A stretch of DNA of 64,000 nt from assembly GCA_963816355.1 (NCBI GenBank), contig CAWFKH010000003.1, forward strand, positions 32,001-96,000. Direction: 5' to 3'. The notes beneath the pieces are model-generated. The model saw only the letters and a list, made by a program, of their open reading frames with translations, was not told the origin of the DNA and did not search any database. This document shows, one piece after another, positions 44,866 through 56,707 of the stretch. The DNA comes from an uncultured Gemmatimonadales bacterium (GTDB taxonomy: Bacteria > Gemmatimonadota > Gemmatimonadetes > Longimicrobiales > RSA9). Every line of letters begins with the position of its first letter. Within the stretch, counting starts at the first letter, position 1. Made by a program: the position numbers and the translations under genes.

Positions 44866-45150
44866 ATGGAGAGACGGATGCAGGCAAGGGCTGGCGCCCT
44901 CGCGGTCGCGCTGCTGCTCGCGCTCGGCGCGGGCGCGTGCAACGCGACCACGGACCATCGCGGGCCGTTCAAGGCGCCGCTCGAGCGGATGAACCTCGTC
45001 GTCACGCCGGAGGCGACGTCGGCGATGAGCCGCCTCGGCGAGCCGGTGCGGACGCCGCGTCTCACCCCCGACGGCGACGTCGCCCCGCCGGACCTCCAGG
45101 TCCCCCGCAGCGACAGCGCGCGCCAGGTCGTCGTCGACACGGCGAAGTAG
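44866..45150 (+). CDS. Small putative lipoprotein
   Basis: Lipobox AGAC; upstream TTGCCG-N16-TATATT promoter-like element. Confidence 0.6.
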   Translation: MERRMQARAGALAVALLLALGAGACNATTDHRGPFKAPLERMNLVVTPEATSAMSRLGEPVRTPRLTPDGDVAPPDLQVPRSDSARQVVVDTAK

Positions 45151-45186
45151 GGCCCGCCTTCGAGCGGGAGCGCCGCACGGCCACCG

Positions 45187-45471
45187 TCATTGCAGCGGCG
45201 GCCGCGGCCGGTTCGCGCGCTGGAAGAGCTCGATGCGGTCCTTCTCGGCCAGTTCCTGCGCCCGCTCCAGCGCGATGCCCGGCGGCACGTGCCACTCGAC
45301 GCCGGTCACGACGCCCTCCGGCGCGGAGAGGGGGCCTTCGCGGCGGAAAACGAGCGCGTTGTGCCAGGTGCCGTCCTCGTCCGGCTCGGAGCGGACCCAG
45401 ACCGCGTGGCGCTGACCCTCGACGATGATCGTCCCGAGGTGTTCCTCGATGCGGTGACCGTCGCTTCTCAT
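45187..45471 (-). CDS. Small hypothetical protein (94 aa)
   Basis: Protein-like composition; GGAGA ribosome-binding site. Confidence 0.65.
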   Translation of the reverse strand: MRSDGHRIEEHLGTIIVEGQRHAVWVRSEPDEDGTWHNALVFRREGPLSAPEGVVTGVEWHVPPGIALERAQELAEKDRIELFQRANRPRPPLQ

Positions 45472-45494
45472 GAGCGTCTCTCCGGAGGGTAGGA

Positions 45495-46886
45495 GTGCGC
45501 ACCATCATCGAGCCGTTCAAGATCAAGGTCGTCGAGCCGATCCGGATGACGACCCGGGACGAGCGGCGCCACCATCTCGACGACGCCGGCTACAACGTCT
45601 TCCGGCTGCACGCCGAGGACGTGCTCATCGACCTGCTCACCGACAGCGGGACGGCGGCGATGAGCGCGGAACAGTGGGGCGGCATGATGCGGGGCGACGA
45701 GGCGTACGCCGGCAGTCGCTCCTTCTATCGCTTCGAGGCCGCCGTCCGCGACCTGTTCGGCTTCGAGCACGTGATCCCGACCCATCAGGGCCGGGCCGCC
45801 GAGCGGATCCTCTTCAGCACCATGTGCCGGCCGGGCGACGTGGTGCCGAACAACACCCATTTCGACACCACGCGCGCGAACATCGAAGCGGTCGGGGCGC
45901 GCGCCATCGACCTGCCGACGCCGTCGGCCCGGCGGCTGCAAGAGCCGCACCCGTTCAAGGGCGACCTCGACGTCGCCGCGCTCGCCGCGCTGATCGAGGA
46001 GCACGGCAAGGCGCGCATCCCGCTCTGCATGATCACCCTCACCAACAACTCCGGCGGCGGCCAGCCGGTTTCCGTCGGCAACCTGCGCGAGGTGTCCGCG
46101 CTCTGCCGCAGCCACGGCATCCCGCTCTACATCGACGCGTGCCGCTTCGCCGAGAACGCATACCTCGTCAAGCTGCGCGAGCCGGGCTACGCCGGCCGCG
46201 ACGTCGCCGACATCGTGCGCGAGATCTTCTCCCACGCCGACGGCTGCACCTTCTCCGCGAAGAAGGACGGCATCGCCAACATCGGCGGCCTGCTCGCCAC
46301 CAACGACGGCCGCCTCGCCCAGCAGGAGCGGGACCTGCTCATCCTCACGGAGGGCTTCCCGACCTATGGCGGGATGGCGGGGCGCGATCTCGAGGCGATC
46401 GCGATCGGCCTCCGCGAGGTCGTGCAGGAGGACTACCTCGCCTACCGGATCGCCTCCGTGCGCTACCTCGGCGAACACGTCGCCGCGGAAGGCGTGCCGA
46501 TCGTGCAGCCGCCGGGCGGGCACGCCATCTACATCGACGCCGCCGCCTTCCTTCCCCACGTCGAGCCGCTCCGCCTCCCCGGCCAGTCCGTCGTCGCGGA
46601 GCTGTACCTCGAGGGCGGAGTGCGCGCCGTCGAGATCGGCACGGTCATGTTCGGCCGCCACGACCCGGAGAGCGGAGTGACGACGACCGCGCCGACCGAA
46701 CTCGTGCGCCTCGCGATCCCCCGCCGCGTCTACACGCAGAGCCACATCGACTACGTCGTCGAGGTCGTGCTCGACGTGTGGCGCAGGCGCGAGCGGATCG
46801 GTGGCTTCCGCTTCACCCACCAGGCCCCGGTGCTGCGGCACTTCACCGCCACCTTCGCGCCCGACTACGACTTCGGCGCCCCATGA
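45495..46886 (+). CDS. tnaA: Tryptophanase
   Basis: EPFKIK, DLLTDSGT, GDEAYAGS, THQGRAAE, SAKKDG, LRHFT (TnaA-type rather than the SGKKD/LRFFT of tyrosine phenol-lyase). Confidence 0.9.
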   Translation: MRTIIEPFKIKVVEPIRMTTRDERRHHLDDAGYNVFRLHAEDVLIDLLTDSGTAAMSAEQWGGMMRGDEAYAGSRSFYRFEAAVRDLFGFEHVIPTHQGRAAERILFSTMCRPGDVVPNNTHFDTTRANIEAVGARAIDLPTPSARRLQEPHPFKGDLDVAALAALIEEHGKARIPLCMITLTNNSGGGQPVSVGNLREVSALCRSHGIPLYIDACRFAENAYLVKLREPGYAGRDVADIVREIFSHADGCTFSAKKDGIANIGGLLATNDGRLAQQERDLLILTEGFPTYGGMAGRDLEAIAIGLREVVQEDYLAYRIASVRYLGEHVAAEGVPIVQPPGGHAIYIDAAAFLPHVEPLRLPGQSVVAELYLEGGVRAVEIGTVMFGRHDPESGVTTTAPTELVRLAIPRRVYTQSHIDYVVEVVLDVWRRRERIGGFRFTHQAPVLRHFTATFAPDYDFGAP

Positions 46887-47344
46887 CGAAGCGCGAACGC
46901 CACGCGGCCATCCTCGACCTGGTCGGCGACCACCGCATCTCGAGTCAGGAAGCGCTCCGCGAGCTGCTCGCCGGGCGCGGCTTCGACGTCACGCAGGCGA
47001 CGCTCTCGCGCGACATCCGCGAGCTCCGCCTCGTCAAGGTGCCGGACGCAAGCGGCCACCCGTTCTACGAGCTGCCCCCCGAGTCGTGGGACCAGACGCC
47101 GCCGCTGCAGAAGCTGCTGCCCGCCCTCTATGTCGGCGCCGAAGGCGCCGGCAATCTCCTCGTCGTCAAGACGCTGACGGGCGGCGCCCAGCCGATCGCC
47201 GTCGCCGTCGACTGGGAGGAGTGGCCGGAGGTCCTCGGCACCATCGCCGGCGACGACACGATCCTCGTGATCCTGCGCAACGCCGCCTCCCTCGATGCGG
47301 TGCAGGAGCGTCTGGAGCGCATCGCCGGCGCGGAAGAGAAGTAG
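46883..47344 (+). CDS. argR: Arginine repressor
   Basis: SQEAL, TQATLSRDIREL, GTIAGDDTI; ATGA overlap with tnaA. Confidence 0.95.
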   Translation: MTKRERHAAILDLVGDHRISSQEALRELLAGRGFDVTQATLSRDIRELRLVKVPDASGHPFYELPPESWDQTPPLQKLLPALYVGAEGAGNLLVVKTLTGGAQPIAVAVDWEEWPEVLGTIAGDDTILVILRNAASLDAVQERLERIAGAEEK

Positions 47345-47395
47345 GGCCGAAGATTCAGGCTGCCTGGAGTCTCCACCAGAGCGGGGGTCGCCATC

Positions 47396-47797
47396 GTGAA
47401 AATGCGGGCGCGCGGGACGTTCGAGGTGGACGTGAAGCCGCTGGACGCGTACGCCGCTGCGAAGAGCGAGATGCTCGGCCGGAGTTCCATCGACAAGCGC
47501 TTCGCGGGAGATCTCGAGGCGACGAGTCGCGGCGAGATGCTGAGCGCCGGGACCGACGTCGCGGGCTCCGCCGGCTACGTGGCGATCGAGCGGGTCGAGG
47601 GATCGCTCGCAGGCCGCCTCGGCGCCTTCATCCTTCAGCACAGCGGGATACTCACACGCGGCGAGCCGAGTCTCTCGATCACGGTCGTTCCTGATTCCGG
47701 CACCGGCGACCTGGCGGGCCTTTCAGGGACCATGTCGGTCGAGATCGCGGACGGGCGGCACGGTTATACGTTCGAGTATGAGTTGCCGGAGAGGTGA
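47396..47797 (+). CDS. DUF3224 family protein
   Basis: KRFAGDLEATSRGEML, AGYVAIE, VVPDSGTGDLAGLSG. Confidence 0.85.
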   Translation: MKMRARGTFEVDVKPLDAYAAAKSEMLGRSSIDKRFAGDLEATSRGEMLSAGTDVAGSAGYVAIERVEGSLAGRLGAFILQHSGILTRGEPSLSITVVPDSGTGDLAGLSGTMSVEIADGRHGYTFEYELPER

Positions 47798-49100
47798 GGG
47801 GTGGGGATTGGACTGGGGATTGGACTGGGGATTGGACTGCGGGATTGGACTGCGGGATTGGACTGCGGGATTGGACTGCGGGATTGGACTGCGGGATTGG
47901 ACTGCGGGCGGGCGGAGGCGGTCTTGTGATCGCAGCAGCCCCGGATAGAATACACCGTCACGCGTCGGCATGCTTACTTGCAGAAGGCCGGCCGCGAGCG
48001 GGGCGACATCTTCGATCCGCATGATCGGCGCGGTCGCGCCCCGGTGGACGCCGGCCCCCGACAGCAGCAGCGCCGTGTGCATCCCCGCCTCGTCCGGAAG
48101 GTAGCCGTGCGCGGCGCCTTCGGTCGGCGCCAGCAGCGTCGCGGCGGTCGCGTCGTCGTCCAGCTCGATCCCCGGCACTGCGGCGAGCGCGAAGGGCGCC
48201 TCCGGGTCCGCGCCGAGCTCGCCCAGCTCCGGCCTCTCCACCACCCGCAGGAGGCGGCGCACGCCCGGCGCCAGCCCGGTGATCGCCTCCCGCGCGCGCG
48301 CCACCGCCTCGTCGTCCGCCGCCTCACGGAGGCGCAGGAACGCTGACCCGCCGCTGGCGTGGAACGTCGCGCGCCACTCGCCCCGGTCCCGTCTCGCCCC
48401 CATCAGTCCCGCCTCGATCAGGATCCGGTTCACGTTGATTCGCGTGTGCGTGTCCACCGCGCCGTGGTCGCTCGTCACCAGGAACGCCATGCGCTCGCGC
48501 AGCCCGCACCGCTCCGCCACCTCCACCAGCATGCCGATCGCCCGGTCCGCCGCGCCGACCGCGCGCCGCGTCAGAGGGTTCGTGCGGCCGTGCAGGTGCG
48601 CGATGTGGTCCGTCCCGATCAGGTGCAGCATCAGCAGCGTCGGCCGGTACCGCTCCAGCAGCCACGCCGCGATCGCGCCCGCCTCGTCCTCGCGTCTCAG
48701 ATGGCTCGGCGTAAAGTTCACCCGCCGCAGCCGCCCCGTCGCCTCCCGCTCGATCTCCTCGAACAGCCCCACCGGCCGTGTGGCTCGCCGGATCGTCTCC
48801 ACCGGATCCGCAACCTCGTCGAGCGGCCACAGTCGGCACGTTCCACTCGACGTCCGCTCCCACGCTCACGGGCCACGCCACCAGCGCCACCGTTCCGCCC
48901 GCCGCCCTCACCCGCTGCCACAGCGTCGGCACCCGGATCGACGACGCCTCCCAGTACCGCCGCTCGCTCTGGCCCGCCGCGTCGAACGGCCGGTTGTGCA
49001 CGACGCCGTGCCGCGCCGGCCGCTCCCCCGTGATCATCGTCGTGTGCCCCGAATACGTCGCGTCGGAAAGACGCTCCGCACCTCCCGCCCCCGCACCATC
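47723..49100 (-). pseudogene. Nucleotide pyrophosphatase/phosphodiesterase (alkaline phosphatase superfamily), multiply frameshifted
   Basis: [42 protein letters not shown]; frameshifts near 49060 and 48830; degraded N-terminus; C-terminal frame reads through the minisatellite. Confidence 0.75.
47804..47905 (+). repeat. Minisatellite GGGATTGGACTG(C) x8
   Basis: Two 12-bp units followed by six 13-bp units. Confidence 0.95.
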
Positions 49101-49184
49101 CGGGCCCGAAACCCCCCAGACCCCATACCCCAGAGGCCGTTCCCGCAGACCACCTCCGCAGACCCCAGACCTGCCTGCAGGGCA

Positions 49185-49218
49185 TTGACTCCGCCCTCAC
49201 GATGCATAACTATTCGTC
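49185..49218 (+). promoter_or_regulatory. argG promoter with an overlapping ARG box
   Basis: TTGACT-N17-AACTAT; GATGCATAACTATTCGTC resembles the ArgR operator TGMAT-N4-ATKCA. Confidence 0.7.
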
Positions 49219-49256
49219 CTCGCGCAGCCGTTTATCCAAGAATCGGAGACCATTCG

Positions 49257-50729
49257 ATGCGACCCTACACCGTCGTGCTCGCCTACTCCGGCGGGCTGGA
49301 CACGTCGATCATCGTGCCGTGGCTGCGGGAGAACTACGGCGCGGATGTCGTCTGCATGGCGGCGGACGTGGGGCAGGCGGAGGAGCTGGCGGGGCTGGAG
49401 GCGAAGGCGCTGCGGCAGGGGGCAGTGGCGTGCGTGGTGGAGGATCTGCGGGAGGCGTTCGTGACGGAGGCGATCTGGCCGACGTTGCGAGCGGGTGCGG
49501 TGTATTCGCGGACGTACCTGCTGGGGACGTCGATGGCGCGGCCGATCATCGCGCGGGCGCAGGCGGAATATGCGGTGAAGATCGGGGCGCAGGCGGTGGC
49601 GCACGGGTGCACGGGGAAGGGGAACGACCAGGTGCGCTTCGAGCTGAGCTACGCGGCGTTCGCGCCCGGTCTGGAGGTGATCGCGCCGTGGCGGGAGTGG
49701 GACGTGCGGTCGCGGGAGCAGGCGATCGACTATGCAGCGGCGCGGGGGATCGAGGTGACGGCGACGAAGGAGAAGATCTTCTCGCGGGACCGCAACCTGT
49801 GGCACGTGTCGCACGAGGGGGGGCCTCTGGAGGACCCGTGGTTCGAGCCGGCGGCGGATCTTTTCCTGCTGACCGCGTCGCCGGAGGATGCGCCGGCGAA
49901 GGCGGAGTACGTGGAGATCGGGTTCGAGGCAGGCTATCCGGTGAGCGTGGACGGGGAAGCACTCGGGCCGGTGCGACTGTTGGAGGTGCTGAACGGGGTG
50001 GCGGGGCGGCACGGGGTGGGCCGGGCGGACGTCGTCGAGGACCGGCTCGTCGGCATGAAGTCGCGCGGCATATACGAGACGCCCGGCGGCACGTTGCTCT
50101 ACACGGCGCACCGGGAGCTGGAGCAGATGGTGCTGGACCGCCGCACGCTGGCGTTGAAGGACCAGCTCGCGGCGCGTTACGCGGACCTCGTCTACGAGGG
50201 CCGCTGGTGGTCGACGGAGCGTGAGGCGCTGGACGCGCTCGTCGATCGGACGCAGGATCGGGTGAGCGGCGTCGTGCGGTTAAAGCTGTACAGGGGCTCG
50301 GCGGCGGTCGTGGGGCGGAAGGCGGAGGCGTCGTTGTACGACCAGGCGCTCGCGTCCTTCGACAGCGCGTCGAGCTACGACCACGCGGACGCGGCGGGAT
50401 TCATCCGCCTCTTCGCGTTGCCGACGCGGGTGGAGGCGCGGCGGCGCGGTGCGGCGGGCTTCGGCGGAGGCTGGCGGCCGGTGCCACCCGGTGTCCCGGC
50501 CCCTTCGCCGAACGGCACGGCGCCGGCGCCGGGCGTGGCTGCGCGGGCGACGAACGGCGCGGCGGGGTCGGCGGCCGGGGGCGTGACGAGCGGCGCCGCG
50601 CCGACGTCGGCGCGCGTGAGTCCGACGCGCAGCGTATGGACGCGGGCCCACGGGTACGGCGGCGCGTCGGGCGCGGCGGCGGCGGAGCTGGACGTGTCGC
50701 GGCGGTCCGGCTCGGCGACGAACGGCTAG
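49257..50729 (+). CDS. argG: Argininosuccinate synthase with a long low-complexity C-terminal extension
   Basis: [43 protein letters not shown]. Confidence 0.96.
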   Translation: MRPYTVVLAYSGGLDTSIIVPWLRENYGADVVCMAADVGQAEELAGLEAKALRQGAVACVVEDLREAFVTEAIWPTLRAGAVYSRTYLLGTSMARPIIARAQAEYAVKIGAQAVAHGCTGKGNDQVRFELSYAAFAPGLEVIAPWREWDVRSREQAIDYAAARGIEVTATKEKIFSRDRNLWHVSHEGGPLEDPWFEPAADLFLLTASPEDAPAKAEYVEIGFEAGYPVSVDGEALGPVRLLEVLNGVAGRHGVGRADVVEDRLVGMKSRGIYETPGGTLLYTAHRELEQMVLDRRTLALKDQLAARYADLVYEGRWWSTEREALDALVDRTQDRVSGVVRLKLYRGSAAVVGRKAEASLYDQALASFDSASSYDHADAAGFIRLFALPTRVEARRRGAAGFGGGWRPVPPGVPAPSPNGTAPAPGVAARATNGAAGSAAGGVTSGAAPTSARVSPTRSVWTRAHGYGGASGAAAAELDVSRRSGSATNG

Positions 50730-50743
50730 GGCGGGCGGGGCGG

Positions 50744-52144
50744 GTGGCGGACGCGAGTGGACCGTTCCGGCTCTACGCGGGGCGCTACGCGGAAGGGCCG
50801 GCGGCGTCGCTGGACGCGCTGAACCGCAGCCTGCCGGTGGACGTTCGGCTGTGGCAGGAGGATGTGGAGGCGAGCCGTGCGTGGGCGCGGGCGCTGGCGC
50901 GGGCCGGCGTGATCGACGCCGCGGACGCGCTCGGCCTGGATACGGGGCTGGTCCGCGTCGCCGCGCGGCTGCAGGCGGGCGAAGCGGCGAGCGCGCCGGA
51001 CGAGGACATCCATACGCTGGTCGAGCGGCTGCTTTACGAGGAGGTCGGCGAGGTGGCGGGGCGGCTGCACACGGGCCGCTCGCGCAACGACCAGGTGGCG
51101 ACGGACGCGCGCTTGTGGGCGATGCGCGCCGCGGAGCGCGCGGGCGCCGCTGTCGCCTCGCTGCAGCGCTCGCTTCTCGCGCAGGCGGAATCCACGGTCG
51201 AGCTCCTGATGCCTGCCTACACGCACGTCCGGCGGGCGCAGCCGGTGCGGGTCGCGCACTGGCTGCTGGCGCACTTCTGGGCGCTGGAACGGGACCGCGC
51301 GCGGCTGGGCGACGCGCTCGAGCGGGTCGCGACGCTGCCGCTCGGCTCCGGCGCGATCGCCGGCTCCGGCTTCGAAGTGGATCGCGCGCGCATCGCCGCC
51401 GAGCTCGGCTTCCGGGGCGTGTCGGAGAACTCGATGGACGCGGTGGGCGACCGCGACTGGGTGGCGGAGCTGGTGTTCGTCGCCGCGTTGCTCGCGGGGC
51501 ACCTGTCGCGCCTGGCGGAGGACCTGATCCTCTTCTCGACGGACGAGTTCGGCTTCGTGCGGCTGCCGGAGGCGTACACGACCGGATCCAGCCTGATGCC
51601 GCAGAAGCGCAACCCGGACGGGCTCGAGCTCGCGCGTGGCAAGGCGGCGCGAGCGGTGGGGGACGTCGCCGCCTCGCTCGCGCTGCTGAAGGGGCTGCCG
51701 ACCGGCTATCAGAAGGACCTGCAGGAGGACAAGACGCTCCTCTTCCGCGCCTTCGACGACCTCGCCGCGTTGCTGCCGGCCACGGCGGCGACGGTCGCCG
51801 GCCTCGAATGGGACGCGGCCGCGCTCGCCCGAGCCGCCGCGGACCCCGCGCTCCTCGCCACCGACCTCGCCGACGAGCTGGTGCGGCGGGGCGTCCCCTT
51901 CCGCGAGGCGCACGGCGTCGTCGCGCGCCTGGTGCGGCAGGCCGATGAGGCGGGCGTGGCGCTGGACGCGTTGCCGGCGGAGTCGTACGTCGCCGCGCAC
52001 GCGGCGCTCGCCGCCGGCCCGCCGCCGCTCGGGGCGGAGGCGTCGGTGGAAGCGCGCCGGCTACCCGGCGGCACCGCCCGCGCGGCGGTCGAGGCGCAGA
52101 TCGCGGACGCCCGCCGTCGCCTGAAGGTGGCGGCGTCGCCCTGA
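50744..52144 (+). CDS. argH: Argininosuccinate lyase
   Basis: EDIH, LHTGRSRNDQV, YTH..RAQP, TGSSLMPQKRNPD, KDLQEDK; start taken at GTG 50744 (uncertain). Confidence 0.95.
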   Translation: MADASGPFRLYAGRYAEGPAASLDALNRSLPVDVRLWQEDVEASRAWARALARAGVIDAADALGLDTGLVRVAARLQAGEAASAPDEDIHTLVERLLYEEVGEVAGRLHTGRSRNDQVATDARLWAMRAAERAGAAVASLQRSLLAQAESTVELLMPAYTHVRRAQPVRVAHWLLAHFWALERDRARLGDALERVATLPLGSGAIAGSGFEVDRARIAAELGFRGVSENSMDAVGDRDWVAELVFVAALLAGHLSRLAEDLILFSTDEFGFVRLPEAYTTGSSLMPQKRNPDGLELARGKAARAVGDVAASLALLKGLPTGYQKDLQEDKTLLFRAFDDLAALLPATAATVAGLEWDAAALARAAADPALLATDLADELVRRGVPFREAHGVVARLVRQADEAGVALDALPAESYVAAHAALAAGPPPLGAEASVEARRLPGGTARAAVEAQIADARRRLKVAASP

Positions 52145-52258
52145 GCGGAGCCCGGTCCGCCTCCGGGCGCCGCGCGGGCGGCCTTGCCGCGCACCGACGT
52201 GCGCCGCACTTTGACCCGCCGCCGGACGTACCGTGATCACCCGCGCGGGATCGAGGAG

Positions 52259-52438
52259 ATGAATGCAGCCGCCATCGCCACCTTCGTCGTGATCGCGGGC
52301 GCCGTGTGGGGTGGCTTCCTCGTGATCCTCTTCGTCGCGGTGCGCAAGGAGCGCGAGAAGTCGCCGCCGGACGGTGGCGCAGTGTCGGCCGGCGCGTCGC
52401 GGCCGGAGACCGGATCCGCGGCGTCGCCGCCGGGCTGA
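52259..52438 (+). CDS. Single-transmembrane small protein resembling the MetS-type NSS transporter small subunit
   Basis: GAGGAG ribosome-binding site; [20 protein letters not shown] pattern. Confidence 0.6.
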   Translation: MNAAAIATFVVIAGAVWGGFLVILFVAVRKEREKSPPDGGAVSAGASRPETGSAASPPG

Positions 52439-52454
52439 CCCACAGGGAGAGCGC

Positions 52455-55766
<3,312 letters not shown>

Positions 55767-55779
55767 AGGGCGCCCGACC

Positions 55780-56514
55780 CTACGGCATGGCGCCGGGGAA
55801 GGCGACCTTCGCGATCATGCCGGGCAGTGCGGCGATGACCCACACGATGGCGGCGGCGACGAAGGCGCGGCCGCGCGGGACCTTGCCGAGCACCGACAGG
55901 GCGATCGCCCAGATCACGGCCTGCCACAGGATGAAGAGGTCGAGGCGGCCGAGCAGCGGCACGAGGACCGGCGTGACGGAGTGGGTGTCGAGGAAGCGCA
56001 CGACGCCGAACGACTGACTCTGGGGCACCTTCAGCGAGCCGTTGCGGTCGGCGAGGATCGTGGCGCCGGTGATCGCGAGCGCCTGCGGGATCGTGACGAA
56101 GCGTGCGAAGGTGGCCGCGAGCAGCCCTTCCTTGAACGAGATCGCGATGTCGAAGAGGCGGCCGACGATCGTGAGCACGGTCGCGAGCAGGACGACGGTC
56201 ACGGCGGCGGCGATCGGCGCGACGATGCCGAGCACGAACCGCATCACGCCGCCCATGCGCTCCATCGCGGCCGCCGTCTGCTCCGGATTCGGGCTGTTGG
56301 CCGCCGCCACGCGCATGACGGCGGCGGAGGCGGGCAGCGCGATGAAGTAGACGGCGAGCGTCGCGACGAGCAGCACGACGAACGGCTGCACCCAGTCGGC
56401 GCCGGTCCGTCGCGCGAACACCTTCGCCGGCGAGAAGAAGATGTCGATGTAGTCGTCGGCGCGACTGGCGGTCTCGGTCGGCTCGACCGTCGCTTGAGCG
56501 CTCTCGTCGCTCAT
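55780..56514 (-). CDS. Yip1-family membrane protein
   Basis: IFFSPAKVF motif, about 5 transmembrane segments; GGAGG ribosome-binding site. Confidence 0.75.
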   Translation of the reverse strand: MSDESAQATVEPTETASRADDYIDIFFSPAKVFARRTGADWVQPFVVLLVATLAVYFIALPASAAVMRVAAANSPNPEQTAAAMERMGGVMRFVLGIVAPIAAAVTVVLLATVLTIVGRLFDIAISFKEGLLAATFARFVTIPQALAITGATILADRNGSLKVPQSQSFGVVRFLDTHSVTPVLVPLLGRLDLFILWQAVIWAIALSVLGKVPRGRAFVAAAIVWVIAALPGMIAKVAFPGAMP

Positions 56515-56707
56515 CACCGTGCCTCCATTGCGGGGGGGGCCGGGCCCTGTTCCGGGCCGGGTCGTCCCAAGATAACGCCGGAGGATCGGCCGATCCACGA
56601 TCCTCGTTCTCGCCGCGTCGGCGGCGCCGTCGCGCGCCGGGGGCCGACCCGCGCGAGCCCGTTCCCGCGCCCACGCGCGGGGCGCCGAATCCTGCGGTAG
56701 CCGACCC

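Noticed and set aside
45495..46886. Tyrosine phenol-lyase
   Set aside because: The SAKKD, GRAAE and LRHF motifs favour tryptophanase.
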